From a virus (lineage: Duplodnaviria; Caudoviricetes), in the IMG/VR virus record IMGVR_UViG_3300044667_000075, positions 1 through 64,000 of that record: 64,000 nucleotides of DNA; one strand, written 5' to 3'. The position numbers were made by a program, and so were the translations under genes. Numbering within the stretch: the stretch's first letter is position 1; every line of letters starts with the position of its first letter. The notes beneath the pieces are model-generated. The model was not told the origin of the DNA, ran no database searches, and was given only the letters and a program-made list of their open reading frames with translations. Positions 1 to 9,080 of this stretch are shown piece by piece.

Positions 1-1
1 C

Positions 2-1615
2 GGTGATGAACGCCCCGGACCCCGCCTGGTGGACCAGGTTCTTCCCGATGACCACGCCCGTGGCGCCGGAATCGATGAGGATGTCGTTCAACGCGAAATT
101 GTTGAACGAGCAGTCGTCGATGTGGAACGCGGTGCAGTTCGCGGTGACCTCGACGCCGTTCGCGGTCGTCGCGCCCGTCCCGGTGAGGTTGCAGCCGATA
201 ACCGAGACGCCGGCGTACCCGCTGGTCGCGTCGACGTAGAGCGCCGCGTACGTGGTCCCCGGCGAGCTCGTGCCGTTGTTCTCGAAGTCACATGCGGACA
301 CCAGGCCCGAGTAGACGTGGGGGAACTTCAGGCCGTGCTGCCCGTTTGTCTCGAAGTCACATGCGGCGAACTGGATCCCCGCGGCGCCGTCGACGGACGC
401 GCCGTTGCCCGCGTTGCCGAAATATTCGCAGTTGTCGAACTTCACCGCGTTGATGCTGGTCGCGGCGTGGAGGCCGTCGCCGCCGTTGTTGTAGAACCAG
501 ACATGCTCCCACGAGTTCACGTAGGAGTTCTGCAACAGGACCCCGTGGGAACTGTTCCCCGAGATGATCATCCGTTTGGCGTTGCAGGTGTCGATCCAGT
601 TGTTGAGGTTCAGGCCGACCCCGGCGCTGCCCCCGGCGATCGTCAGCGCGGGGGTCCCGGTTGCGGTAGCCGCAGCGGAGATCGTGTACCCCGTGCCGGG
701 GGTCACTGCGGTGATCGTCGCGCCGCCGGGGATCCCGGTCCCGCTGATGGCCTGGTTCAGGTCACTCGCCGCTGCGTGGGTGTCGCCGACCGTCGCGGAC
801 CCGTTGGTGGTAGACGTCCCGGTCGTGTCGACCCGGTATGGCCCGGCCAGGGAGAAGTCAGCCAGCTCGACACCGAGCATGGTCCCGGTGTTGAACTGGA
901 GGACATCCTGCCCGGCTGTCCACTGCTGGATCGTAGTCGCGTACTTGCCGGCGCCTGCGCACCGCGTGTGGGTACCGCCTGCCAGCGCCGAGGTGATCTT
1001 GTACGTGCCCGCCGGAAGGTACCCGAGGTAGCCGGCTTTCGACCCGCCTGTCGCTATGGCAGTGAAAAAAGCCTGCAAGGCGGTCGTGTCGTCGTGGGAG
1101 CCGTCGCCGACCGCACCGAAATCCGTGACCGCGTTGGCGACCTTGACAGTGGACACCTGAGACAGCGGCAAGTCATCGGCGGCGACGTACCAGACTCCGA
1201 GCGAGGCCTTGTACAGCAGCAGCAGCCCCTGATTGGGCAGGCTCAGCGTAAGGGACGTGCTGCCGCCCGTCTTGTTGAACACGTCGGAGCCGCCGCGGGC
1301 GACCGTGACCGTGTTCGACGCGCCCTGGGTGACCATCTTGACCGCGATGAGCGTCAGGTCCGCAGGCGCGGCCGGGAGGGTAACCGTGAACGACGCGGAA
1401 GTCGTGTCGCACGGCACGAAATCCCCGGCAGCTGCCGTGTAGCCGCTGGTCTTGACAGCGGTGGGGGTGAGGAGCCGCCCGGCCAGCAGGTTCGCGACGG
1501 TGATCTTCTTCGTCGTCCCGCTGCTGGCCATCGACGTGTCATGGACATCGACGATGACAGTCACATCATCGGACACCGCCGAGGTCAGCGCCGCGTAGTC
1601 GGTGATCTTGGACAT
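2..1615 (-). CDS. Tailspike / right-handed beta-helix (pectate lyase 3-like) protein, 3' truncated by window edge
   Basis: Not in ORF track (no stop in window). Manual translation MSKITDYAALTSAV...; contains VTDFGAVGDGSHDDTTALQAFF and YLPAGTYKITSAL motifs, then NxxxG beta-helix repeats. Confidence 0.85.
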   Translation of the reverse strand, partial: MSKITDYAALTSAVSDDVTVIVDVHDTSMASSGTTKKITVANLLAGRLLTPTAVKTSGYTAAAGDFVPCDTTSASFTVTLPAAPADLTLIAVKMVTQGASNTVTVARGGSDVFNKTGGSTSLTLSLPNQGLLLLYKASLGVWYVAADDLPLSQVSTVKVANAVTDFGAVGDGSHDDTTALQAFFTAIATGGSKAGYLGYLPAGTYKITSALAGGTHTRCAGAGKYATTIQQWTAGQDVLQFNTGTMLGVELADFSLAGPYRVDTTGTSTTNGSATVGDTHAAASDLNQAISGTGIPGGATITAVTPGTGYTISAAATATGTPALTIAGGSAGVGLNLNNWIDTCNAKRMIISGNSSHGVLLQNSYVNSWEHVWFYNNGGDGLHAATSINAVKFDNCEYFGNAGNGASVDGAAGIQFAACDFETNGQHGLKFPHVYSGLVSACDFENNGTSSPGTTYAALYVDATSGYAGVSVIGCNLTGTGATTANGVEVTANCTAFHIDDCSFNNFALNDILIDSGATGVVIGKNLVHQAGSGAFIT

Positions 1616-1616
1616 G

Positions 1617-2051
1617 TCAGGTCACCGCCACCGAGAGGATGTAGGACGCCGTGTATTCGAACCTGCGGTCAGACGGATCCAGCGGCAGGGCGGCCGGGGG
1701 AGAGCCGAGACGCTGGCAGTTCAGCACCCGCACCCCGTCGACTGTGACCGGGTAAGGGCCCTGGAGGATCGTCCAGTCCAGCAGCTGCGCCGCCGCCATG
1801 GCCGCGTCCGGGTCGTCGGAGGGGCCGCGGAGCCGCGCCTGAAACGACCAGCCGTCCGCGCCGCCTTCCTCCGTCAGGTACCCCGGCCCCCCGGTCGGCG
1901 TGACGAACACAGCCTTGTCCGGCTCAGTCAGGATCTCCGGGCCCGGATACACCGGGTAACCAGCCTCCTGGGCACCGTCCCACCCGGCGGCGGCGAGGAG
2001 GTTAATGATGACCTGCGTGCGGGGCGTCGAGATCGCGAGAGGCGTGGTCAT
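1617..2051 (-). CDS. Putative tail terminator / neck protein
   Basis: 144 aa, SFQARLRG motif, position after head-tail genes. Confidence 0.6.
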   Translation of the reverse strand: MTTPLAISTPRTQVIINLLAAAGWDGAQEAGYPVYPGPEILTEPDKAVFVTPTGGPGYLTEEGGADGWSFQARLRGPSDDPDAAMAAAQLLDWTILQGPYPVTVDGVRVLNCQRLGSPPAALPLDPSDRRFEYTASYILSVAVT

Positions 2052-2575
2052 TCGCGGCCCCGTAGGCCATGGGGCTCATTTTTGCCCGGTATCCGCATGA
2101 TCTTGCCGTGCTTGAAGAAGTACACGGTTAGCCCCTCGGCGAGCCGCATACGAAGGATTGCCTGGCTCTTGGCCGCGAGCTCGGCCTTGGTCAGCCTGGC
2201 AGCCTTCGGCGCCCGGTCGTACACGGTGCGCCCGCCGACCTCCACCTTCGGGTGACCGGATTTTCTCAGGTCACCCCACTCCCTGGGTGCGGTCAGTTCC
2301 ACCTGATCGGACAGATGTTCCATGCTGCGCTTCATCGCGGGCTGGCCACCGTCATGCAGGACCGTCTTGGCGTAGTCGTCCAGGTAGGACCGGTAGTGGT
2401 CAAACAGCGGACGCTCAAGGAACTTCGCCGAGCCCCCGCGAGGATGATGCCATTCGACATGCTCATGCTGGGCGTGGCTGTATCGCTGGTCCACGATGCA
2501 GACGCCTCGGATGGTCTCGCCGATGCTGGCCATGTGCCGAAGTTCGGCGATCCGCGCGCTGAAGGTCCCGGCCAC
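2048..2575 (-). CDS. Putative neck protein (HK97 gp10-like)
   Basis: GTG start MAGTFSAR; YSHAQHE...KFLERPL and APREWGDLRKSG motifs; coupled to neighbours. Confidence 0.55.
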   Translation of the reverse strand: MAGTFSARIAELRHMASIGETIRGVCIVDQRYSHAQHEHVEWHHPRGGSAKFLERPLFDHYRSYLDDYAKTVLHDGGQPAMKRSMEHLSDQVELTAPREWGDLRKSGHPKVEVGGRTVYDRAPKAARLTKAELAAKSQAILRMRLAEGLTVYFFKHGKIMRIPGKNEPHGLRGRE

Positions 2576-2577
2576 GG

Positions 2578-3141
2578 CTACCCCTGATAGACGGGACCCC
2601 AGAAGGGCCCGTCGTTCCAGTCGGTGCCGCGCGGAGTCCACCCGCCGATCGGGGTATCTGCTTCCAGGACGCCAGTCCTCGGAGAGACACGCGTGTTGGA
2701 GTCCTCGCCCGTGAAGATGGCCGGGATCCGGTTGATGATCGTCCCGACTTCATCCCCGATCCCAGGTGCCGGTGCCGGGTCGAGAAGGATTGCCCCCTTG
2801 CGCACCTCTTCCAGCATGTTCATCGCGTTCTGGTAGGCGATGTACGTTGGGTGGGTCGGCTCGATGGCCTTCCCCTTGGCGTAGGTCCGCCAGGCCCAGA
2901 ATGCGGCCAGGTCGAGGGTGAGGTCGTGCAGGATCGGAGGCGGGTTCGCCTGCGCGGTAGAGCCGTCGTAGACGTTCCCGGCATATACCGAGACCGTGTT
3001 GCTCGCCCGGTACAAGGCGAGGGTGAGTTGCGCGTCGGTCAGCTGCGCCGGCGTGCCGGTACCCGAGTCGGTGCCCGCGAGGATGTCCCGCAGGTCAGCG
3101 ACTGTGGCGTAGAGGGTGCCGGACGCGGCAGGGTTCGGCAT
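2578..3141 (-). CDS. Head-tail adaptor (Mu gp36-like)
   Basis: YATVADL N-terminus, PPILHDLTLDLAAF, YQNAMNMLEEV pattern. Confidence 0.7.
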   Translation of the reverse strand: MPNPAASGTLYATVADLRDILAGTDSGTGTPAQLTDAQLTLALYRASNTVSVYAGNVYDGSTAQANPPPILHDLTLDLAAFWAWRTYAKGKAIEPTHPTYIAYQNAMNMLEEVRKGAILLDPAPAPGIGDEVGTIINRIPAIFTGEDSNTRVSPRTGVLEADTPIGGWTPRGTDWNDGPFWGPVYQG

Positions 3142-3144
3142 GCG

Positions 3145-3345
3145 CTATGGCACCGCCCAGGCGAGCACCCACGCGGCGAACGCGCCGAACGCCCAGCCCC
3201 ACATCGGCGCGTCGAGGATCCGCGACCCGCACGCGGTCAGCGCCGCGAACAGGAAGCACACCGCGGCGATGATCAGCAGGACCCTTGACACGTACCACGG
3301 GGAACGCGGCGGGACCGGGGGCTGAGGCTGGCCGGGGGCTGCCAT
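3145..3345 (-). CDS. Small membrane protein
   Basis: Two hydrophobic segments, in operon. Confidence 0.65.
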   Translation of the reverse strand: MAAPGQPQPPVPPRSPWYVSRVLLIIAAVCFLFAALTACGSRILDAPMWGWAFGAFAAWVLAWAVP

Positions 3346-3347
3346 CG

Positions 3348-3593
3348 CTACACCTGACCCCAGTTCGACGGCTCGTTCCCGCCGCCGGTCAGGTTCTCCA
3401 GGAACGGGCCGAGCGACGACCCGCCGTTGCTGGACTTCTGCTGCGTGGTCAGCGCGGTGATGTTGCTGCCGAGCGCGGTCGCCAGTGCCGACCCGGCCGG
3501 GACATCGATCACCGTCCCGCGGGGGATCCGCTGCGACACCCCATCCCAGGTGATGGTGCAGTCGGCGTTGACGAGTTGCGGGTTGGATGCCAT
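3348..3593 (-). CDS. Small virion-associated protein (paralog family)
   Basis: MASNPQLV start; PAGSALATALGSNI motif shared with neighbours. Confidence 0.65.
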   Translation of the reverse strand: MASNPQLVNADCTITWDGVSQRIPRGTVIDVPAGSALATALGSNITALTTQQKSSNGGSSLGPFLENLTGGGNEPSNWGQV

Positions 3594-3820
3594 CAGTTGT
3601 CCACCTCCGAGAGATCCACCGTGTTCGCTTGGTCTCCGTCCGCGGAGATCACCGCGAGATTTCCCGAGTTGCCGCCGTAGGCTGCGTACAGGGCCGATCC
3701 GGGGGCGATGCTGACCGCAGCGCCATGCCGCACGAACCGGCGCATGGGCACGCCGTTGGCGTGCTGGCCCCACGACACCACCGTGTCGTTCAGGACGCGC
3801 ATGGGCTGCGGGGCGGTCAT
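3593..3820 (-). CDS. Small virion-associated protein (paralog family)
   Basis: MTAPQPMR start; APGSALYAAYGGNSGNL motif. Confidence 0.65.
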   Translation of the reverse strand: MTAPQPMRVLNDTVVSWGQHANGVPMRRFVRHGAAVSIAPGSALYAAYGGNSGNLAVISADGDQANTVDLSEVDN

Positions 3821-3822
3821 CG

Positions 3823-4389
3823 CTAGTTGCTCACCCCCGCCGCCAGGCCGGCGAGGCCACCCTCGGCGTGGACCGGGTACGGCAGCTGGGCCAGCGGCGA
3901 GTACGCGGTGTTCGTATTCGGCTGGGCGTAAACGACCCCGAGCGAATCCAGGCCCGCCATGTCCGGGTACGTGATCCACGCCCATACCGGGGCCGCCGAG
4001 TAGGTGACCGCGATCGACCCGCCGGGCGGCACCATCACCTGAGCGGGGGTGGTGGTCCCCCGGTCGGTGCCGTTCACCGCGATGTGGGTCGTGGTGCCCG
4101 CGGCGAGGATCACGGTGACGTCCTGGCCGGTCGTGTTCACCGCGGCAACCGTCGAGGCCGGGACAGCGGGGGTGATGGCGGACCAGTACCAGGCAGGCGC
4201 CGAACTGTACGTGACCGCGATCGTCGCGCCCGCGGGGACGGTGGCCGTGTAGTTCGTCGCCGTGGCCACGTCTGAGCCGTTCACGGCGATGTGGGTCACG
4301 GTCCCGCCGGTCACCGTCACGTAGGCGGTCCCGCCCGACGTGTTCGTGGCCGCGACCGTGCTGGCCGGCAAGGCGGGCTGCTGGATCAT
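3823..4389 (-). CDS. Ala/Thr/Val-rich beta-repeat virion protein (two internal repeats)
   Basis: Two copies of PASTVAAxNT.G..THIAVNG..IAVTYS.AP.W.W. Confidence 0.75.
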   Translation of the reverse strand: MIQQPALPASTVAATNTSGGTAYVTVTGGTVTHIAVNGSDVATATNYTATVPAGATIAVTYSSAPAWYWSAITPAVPASTVAAVNTTGQDVTVILAAGTTTHIAVNGTDRGTTTPAQVMVPPGGSIAVTYSAAPVWAWITYPDMAGLDSLGVVYAQPNTNTAYSPLAQLPYPVHAEGGLAGLAAGVSN

Positions 4390-4399
4390 GACGCGCTCC

Positions 4400-4708
4400 C
4401 TAGTTCGAGATCCCGAAGTGGCTGACCGTCCCGGCACCGTCCGTGATCTGCTGCAGGTTCCCGGAGCCGATCGCCGTGAAGAGCGCCCCGGCCGGGTCGG
4501 CCCAGATGATCTGCCCCCGGTACCAGGTGGTGGACCCCGCGACCGACCCCGCCCCGGAGCCGTAGTGGCTGGCGGACTGCGCATACGAACCGGTGCCGAA
4601 TCCGCCGCCCGCGCCGGCCTGGTCGATGATCACGTCCGACCCGCCGAGCGTGAACGCCCCGGACGGCAGCGTCACGGTCGCGGTGAGCACGTACTGGTTC
4701 AGCGCCAT
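4400..4708 (-). CDS. Small virion-associated protein (paralog family)
   Basis: YVLTATVT N-terminus, AIGSGNL motif as in 7537-7740. Confidence 0.7.
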   Translation of the reverse strand: MALNQYVLTATVTLPSGAFTLGGSDVIIDQAGAGGGFGTGSYAQSASHYGSGAGSVAGSTTWYRGQIIWADPAGALFTAIGSGNLQQITDGAGTVSHFGISN

Positions 4709-4718
4709 CCCGCCCCCC

Positions 4719-5423
4719 TCAGTAAGCCGTCGCCGGGACGGTCTCGAGTCCCGCCCCAGACAGGGCAGGGGACACCTGGGCTACGGTCACGGACTTCCCG
4801 GAGGTGTGCGCCGCGTTCAGCGCCGTCACCGGCACGTTGGTAGCCGTCGGGGTCCCGGTGACGGTCACCACGTCGCTCGTGCCGCTGGGGTCGATGATGA
4901 GGACCTGGCCCGCGGTGAACGCCACGTTGGTCCCGTCCGGCGCGAACGTCAGCGCCATCCCCCCAGCCGACACACCCGCCGAAGTTGTCGGCAGGGCCCA
5001 CGCCCACGTCGGTGCCACCGTGTACGTGACCGCGATCGACCCGCCGACGGGCAGCAGGTACACGCCCGCCGCGGTCCCCGCCGACGTGCCGTTCACCGTC
5101 ACCGCGGAGAGAGTCCCGCCGCTGATCGTGACCGCCACCACGGTCCCCGTCGTATTCGACGCGGCCACCGTCGACGCAGGCACCGACGGCGACGACACCG
5201 ACGCAGCCGCCAGGCTCATCGGCCACTCACACCGCGAGCACCGCGCCGTCAGCGCCGCGTACGGCGTGAACGGGCCCGTGAACCAGCAGCGCGGGCACCG
5301 CAACTGGGCCACCTCAACAGGCTGGATCACCGCTGGCACCCCACTGCCTCCCGTCTCGTCAAACAAGGCGACCGCCAGGCCGTCCAGCAGCGCTGTGCCG
5401 GCCTCGTCGGATACGGTCGCCAC
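4719..5423 (-). CDS. Zn-ribbon plus beta-repeat virion protein
   Basis: CPRC...CSRC, then a copy of the PASTVAA repeat of 3823-4389. Confidence 0.7.
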   Translation of the reverse strand: MATVSDEAGTALLDGLAVALFDETGGSGVPAVIQPVEVAQLRCPRCWFTGPFTPYAALTARCSRCEWPMSLAAASVSSPSVPASTVAASNTTGTVVAVTISGGTLSAVTVNGTSAGTAAGVYLLPVGGSIAVTYTVAPTWAWALPTTSAGVSAGGMALTFAPDGTNVAFTAGQVLIIDPSGTSDVVTVTGTPTATNVPVTALNAAHTSGKSVTVAQVSPALSGAGLETVPATAY

Positions 5424-5431
5424 GGCATGGC

Positions 5432-5995
5432 CTACTGGCCCCCGCGGGCCCGGCCGCCGCCGCGGCGGGGCGGCAGGTCAAGGGCATCCGCCGTAGCCCG
5501 CAGGTTGTCCGCCATCTCGCCCGGCTCCGGGCTCGCAGGCTCGACACCCTCCGGGGCGCGGCCCTCAGCCAGGTACTGGATCGCGGACGAGCCCTCCGGG
5601 TCAGGGCGGGGCGCGTCACTGCCAGGAGGCGGAGTCGTCGGCCGGAACAGGCGGCCCGACACGGCGCGCGGCGGGACCTTCGGCACCGGCTCGTGTGATC
5701 CGTCCGGGCCGGACAGCTTCCGGACGACCTCGATCTGCCGGCCGTCACGGGCGCCGTGCCGGTTGAACGCGCGGGCCTCTTCCTCGGTCAGGTAGATCGT
5801 CTCGCCGGCCATCACGAGGTCGGTGGCCCGGTCCTTGTCCCCGCGCCGGGGAACGGACAGGTTTACCAGCGCCACGTACGGCTCGCCGATCCGGGTCGAC
5901 GGCGAGCCCTTGTCCCTGGCCAGCAGCTTGGCCAGCGTGTCCCGCTCAGCGTCAGTGAGCGGACGGGCCTCAGTGGCAGTTGCGGCATCTGCCAT
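5432..5995 (-). CDS. Hypothetical protein downstream of capsid
   Basis: MADAATATE start with AGAGGT RBS, high GC3. Confidence 0.7.
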   Translation of the reverse strand: MADAATATEARPLTDAERDTLAKLLARDKGSPSTRIGEPYVALVNLSVPRRGDKDRATDLVMAGETIYLTEEEARAFNRHGARDGRQIEVVRKLSGPDGSHEPVPKVPPRAVSGRLFRPTTPPPGSDAPRPDPEGSSAIQYLAEGRAPEGVEPASPEPGEMADNLRATADALDLPPRRGGGRARGGQ

Positions 5996-6035
5996 TTCTT
6001 GGCACCTCTCTAATCGGTCGGGGGGGGGACCGGAA

Positions 6036-6947
6036 CTAAACCCCGCTGAGCAGGCAAACGGCGAGTGGTTGGTCAAGCCCAACTGCGCTGGACCTTTGGG
6101 TGTCTGACCTCCAGACCTTGCGGGGCTCGTCCCGATACAAGGGCCCAGCGACGAACGGCAGCTCGTCGGCATAGAACCCGGCCCGGTGGCGCTGCATGAT
6201 GATCGCGTTGCCCGCCGGGACCTGCCGGGAGACCAGCACGTCGAGGTTGAAGATCTTCTGCGGCAGCGTGCCCGTGTACAGCAGGTTCTCGCTCGCGATG
6301 TCGCCGATGTACGGCGCGGCGAACGTCGAGGACTGGAGCAGCGTGTTCTTCGTGCCGTGGTTGATGATCAGCGTGTCGGCCTCGAAGCCCAGCCACTGGG
6401 TCACGCCCGACGGGGAGACGATGTTGGCGTTCTCCACGAGGTAGACGGCCTGCGCGATGTCCGCGCGGATCGTCGCCGAGGCGGACGCCCACGGGTTGGC
6501 GACGGCCAGGGTCTGGATGCTCGCGTTGGCGACCACCGCGGAGTAGAACGCGGTGTTCCACGAGTAGACCATCGTGTTCTTGACCTGCAGCAGCTGCCGG
6601 GTCACCGGGTCGATGGCCTGCCGGCGGCGCATCTCGTCGCTGACCATGATGGCCATCGCGCGTTCGTGGGTGAACACCACCCGCGGCACGCCGATCGAGG
6701 TCGGGACGACCGGCACCTCGCCGAACTCGGGCCGGATCTCCGGGAAGTCGTCGGCGTACAGCGGCGTCGACTCGGAGTACCGGACCGCGCCCGAGGGGGC
6801 CGCGCCACCCATGCGGAGAACCGAGTCCATGATGAACTCGTTAGCGGTGATGTCCAGGATCAACGCCGGAATGACGAGCGGATCCTTGAGGAGCTCGTTG
6901 ACGGTTATCCGCGGTGCGTCGCTATAACCGCGTGCGCCGGTCGGCAT
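6036..6947 (-). CDS. Major capsid protein
   Basis: 303 aa after protease/decoration; EIRPEFGEVP, DTLIIN, C-terminal DQPLAVCLLSGV typical of actinophage HK97-fold capsids. Confidence 0.85.
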   Translation of the reverse strand: MPTGARGYSDAPRITVNELLKDPLVIPALILDITANEFIMDSVLRMGGAAPSGAVRYSESTPLYADDFPEIRPEFGEVPVVPTSIGVPRVVFTHERAMAIMVSDEMRRRQAIDPVTRQLLQVKNTMVYSWNTAFYSAVVANASIQTLAVANPWASASATIRADIAQAVYLVENANIVSPSGVTQWLGFEADTLIINHGTKNTLLQSSTFAAPYIGDIASENLLYTGTLPQKIFNLDVLVSRQVPAGNAIIMQRHRAGFYADELPFVAGPLYRDEPRKVWRSDTQRSSAVGLDQPLAVCLLSGV

Positions 6948-6966
6948 ATCTCAGTCCCTTCTAGCC

Positions 6967-7521
6967 TTAGAGGACCCGGGCCCGGCCCAGGAAGTAGACC
7001 GCGTTGCCCGTGCCGCCGATCTGCTGCGTGAGCATCCCGCTCGACACGCCGCCGGGGTGGGTGCAGCGGGCGACCACGTTGCCGTACGCCGCGGTGATCG
7101 TCGCGGACGCGTTCTTCGGGGTCTGGGAGACACCCATCACGCACCCGTTGCAGTTGGCGCCGACAGCTGCGCCGACGACGAGGAGTTCCCCGGCGTTGGC
7201 GGCGCCGCCGTACCAGACCCAGATGTCCCAGCCGCCCGCGTAGACCGGCACGTAGTCGCCGAGGACGGAGATGTCGATCAGCGGCTGGCCGTAGGCGTTC
7301 GCGGCGCCGGTCTGGGTGGAGATGACGTTGGCGTCGGCTCCGGCGACCCCGACGACGTTGACGTCACCCGCGCTGGTGGTGCCGCCCACGGACGGGGTGA
7401 CGGTGAGGTCCGTCGTGCCCGCGGTGACGGTGTGCGGCGTGACGAACTGCCCGCCGTAGATGAGGCCGGCGGCCTGGTAGTTGGCCGGACCCCTGGTGTA
7501 ATGCGGCAGTACCGCGCTCAT
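6967..7521 (-). CDS. Capsid decoration / cement protein
   Basis: Gly/Ala/Val-rich, VVGVA motif, directly upstream of capsid. Confidence 0.65.
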   Translation of the reverse strand: MSAVLPHYTRGPANYQAAGLIYGGQFVTPHTVTAGTTDLTVTPSVGGTTSAGDVNVVGVAGADANVISTQTGAANAYGQPLIDISVLGDYVPVYAGGWDIWVWYGGAANAGELLVVGAAVGANCNGCVMGVSQTPKNASATITAAYGNVVARCTHPGGVSSGMLTQQIGGTGNAVYFLGRARVL

Positions 7522-7536
7522 CGGCGGGTTACCTCC

Positions 7537-7740
7537 CTAGTCGCCATTGCTCACGGCGAAGGCTTCGCCGAGCTGGTCGTGGACAGTGCTGGACGAGACG
7601 GCGCGCAAGTTGCCCGAGCCGATGGCCGAGACCTCGGCCGTGGACAGTTCGAGGACCTGGCCCTTGTTCACCGTCCGGGCCGGCGAGGTGTACCCCGACC
7701 CGGCGACGGTGGTGGTCGCGGTGACCACGTAGCGGGCCAT
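7537..7740 (-). CDS. Small virion-associated protein (paralog family)
   Basis: MARYVVTATT..KGQVLEL..AIGSGNL. Confidence 0.7.
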   Translation of the reverse strand: MARYVVTATTTVAGSGYTSPARTVNKGQVLELSTAEVSAIGSGNLRAVSSSTVHDQLGEAFAVSNGD

Positions 7741-7742
7741 GG

Positions 7743-9080
7743 CTACTTCAGGCCCGTCATGGTCTTGAACCGGTTCACCACGTCGGAGCGGGACGCCTGG
7801 GCCTTCTCCGCGACCTCAGAGTCCTCCGGGGCGTCCATCGGGGAGCCGAGTTCCACGTCGAGGTCGAGGAGGCGGGCCTGGTTGGCGTACTCGGTGAGGA
7901 CCTTCCGCATGATCTGCCCGGCGTCCGCGGTCTTCCCGTTGGCGAGTTCGACGGTCCGGCCGGCGCCCTCGAGGAGCGGCCTCGCGAGCTCGGTGATGAA
8001 CGGGGGAACGCCCAGGTCGGCGAGGCGCCGCTTCTCCGCCTGGTAGTCCTGCTCGCGGAGCCGGGCGGAGATGACGGCCATCTCCCGCTGGGTTTCCTCG
8101 GCCCGCGCGTTGGCCAGGTCGATGGCGAACTGCGCCTCGGCGCTCAGTCCTGCGGCCACGGGCTCACGCTCCTGTTCCTGCTCGTACTCGGCGGTGGCCT
8201 GCTCGGCGGCGTACTCCGCCTCGAGGGCCGCGAACTCCTCGTCGGACATGGCGGCGATCTGCGCGGCGATGTCGTCCGGCTCCTCGCCGTCCTCGGTCTC
8301 GGTTCCGTCGGCGCTGCCCCAGTGGGTGTTGTCGTCCTCGGCGTCGATGTCGCCGGCGATCAGTGCCAGCTCCTCCGGGGTCAGGACCAGGCCCTCCGCC
8401 ATCGCGTCGATCTGCGACTCGGGCAGTTCGAGCAGCTTGGCGAGCTTGGCCTTCTGGTCGTCGGTCAGGTCCATGTCCAAGCCCCTTCCGGCTGGCTGAT
8501 CTGCTGACTGGCTGGAGACGGACGGGGCGGCCGGGGGCGGTGCCGGGGTGGCCTCGCCCGCGAAGTGGGAGGCGGACAGGTCGACCACCGTGTCCGGGAC
8601 GGGGGTGGCGGCCTCGATCGCCTGCCACGCGCCCAGTCCGGGGATGCGTGGGTCGAGGGTGCCGAGGACGTGCTGGACGGCCGCGGGGAAGTGGCGGCCG
8701 TCCGACCTCGCGTAGTCCTCCACGATCCGCGCCGACACGCCGAGCCGCGGGTTCGCCTCGAGGACCTTCTCCCCCTCAGGGGTGAGCTCGGCGGTCACGT
8801 ACAAGCCGTCGTCACCGAGCTCCATCGCGGTAATCTGCCCGCGGGTCCGCTCCGGGTCGTTGGTGTGCGTGTTCTGCGCGTCGGCCAGCTGGAACGGAAC
8901 CTGGTCATAAGCGCCGGACTGGAACGCCTGCACAAGCCGGCCCAGGTAGTCCCTGGTGAAGTGCAGCATCCGGCCCTTGTACTCGACGTCCCCGATGGGG
9001 AGGAGCTTCTTCCGCCACAGCCTGGAGCCCAGTTCGACGGCATCGCCGGCCGTGAACGGGGTGAGGACGAGGGCGGTCAC
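7743..9080 (-). CDS. Prohead protease / scaffold (Mu gpI-like)
   Basis: N-terminal protease-like domain (H in NTHT, GLY..ELT.EG, VSARI, HVLGTLDP), acidic helical C-terminal scaffold. Confidence 0.8.
   Translation of the reverse strand: MTALVLTPFTAGDAVELGSRLWRKKLLPIGDVEYKGRMLHFTRDYLGRLVQAFQSGAYDQVPFQLADAQNTHTNDPERTRGQITAMELGDDGLYVTAELTPEGEKVLEANPRLGVSARIVEDYARSDGRHFPAAVQHVLGTLDPRIPGLGAWQAIEAATPVPDTVVDLSASHFAGEATPAPPPAAPSVSSQSADQPAGRGLDMDLTDDQKAKLAKLLELPESQIDAMAEGLVLTPEELALIAGDIDAEDDNTHWGSADGTETEDGEEPDDIAAQIAAMSDEEFAALEAEYAAEQATAEYEQEQEREPVAAGLSAEAQFAIDLANARAEETQREMAVISARLREQDYQAEKRRLADLGVPPFITELARPLLEGAGRTVELANGKTADAGQIMRKVLTEYANQARLLDLDVELGSPMDAPEDSEVAEKAQASRSDVVNRFKTMTGLK

Noticed and set aside
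29-1747. Long plus-strand ORFs opposite structural genes (also 7057-8046, 25070-26518, 27460-28674, 45213-46625)
   Set aside because: Antisense shadows typical of high-GC coding DNA
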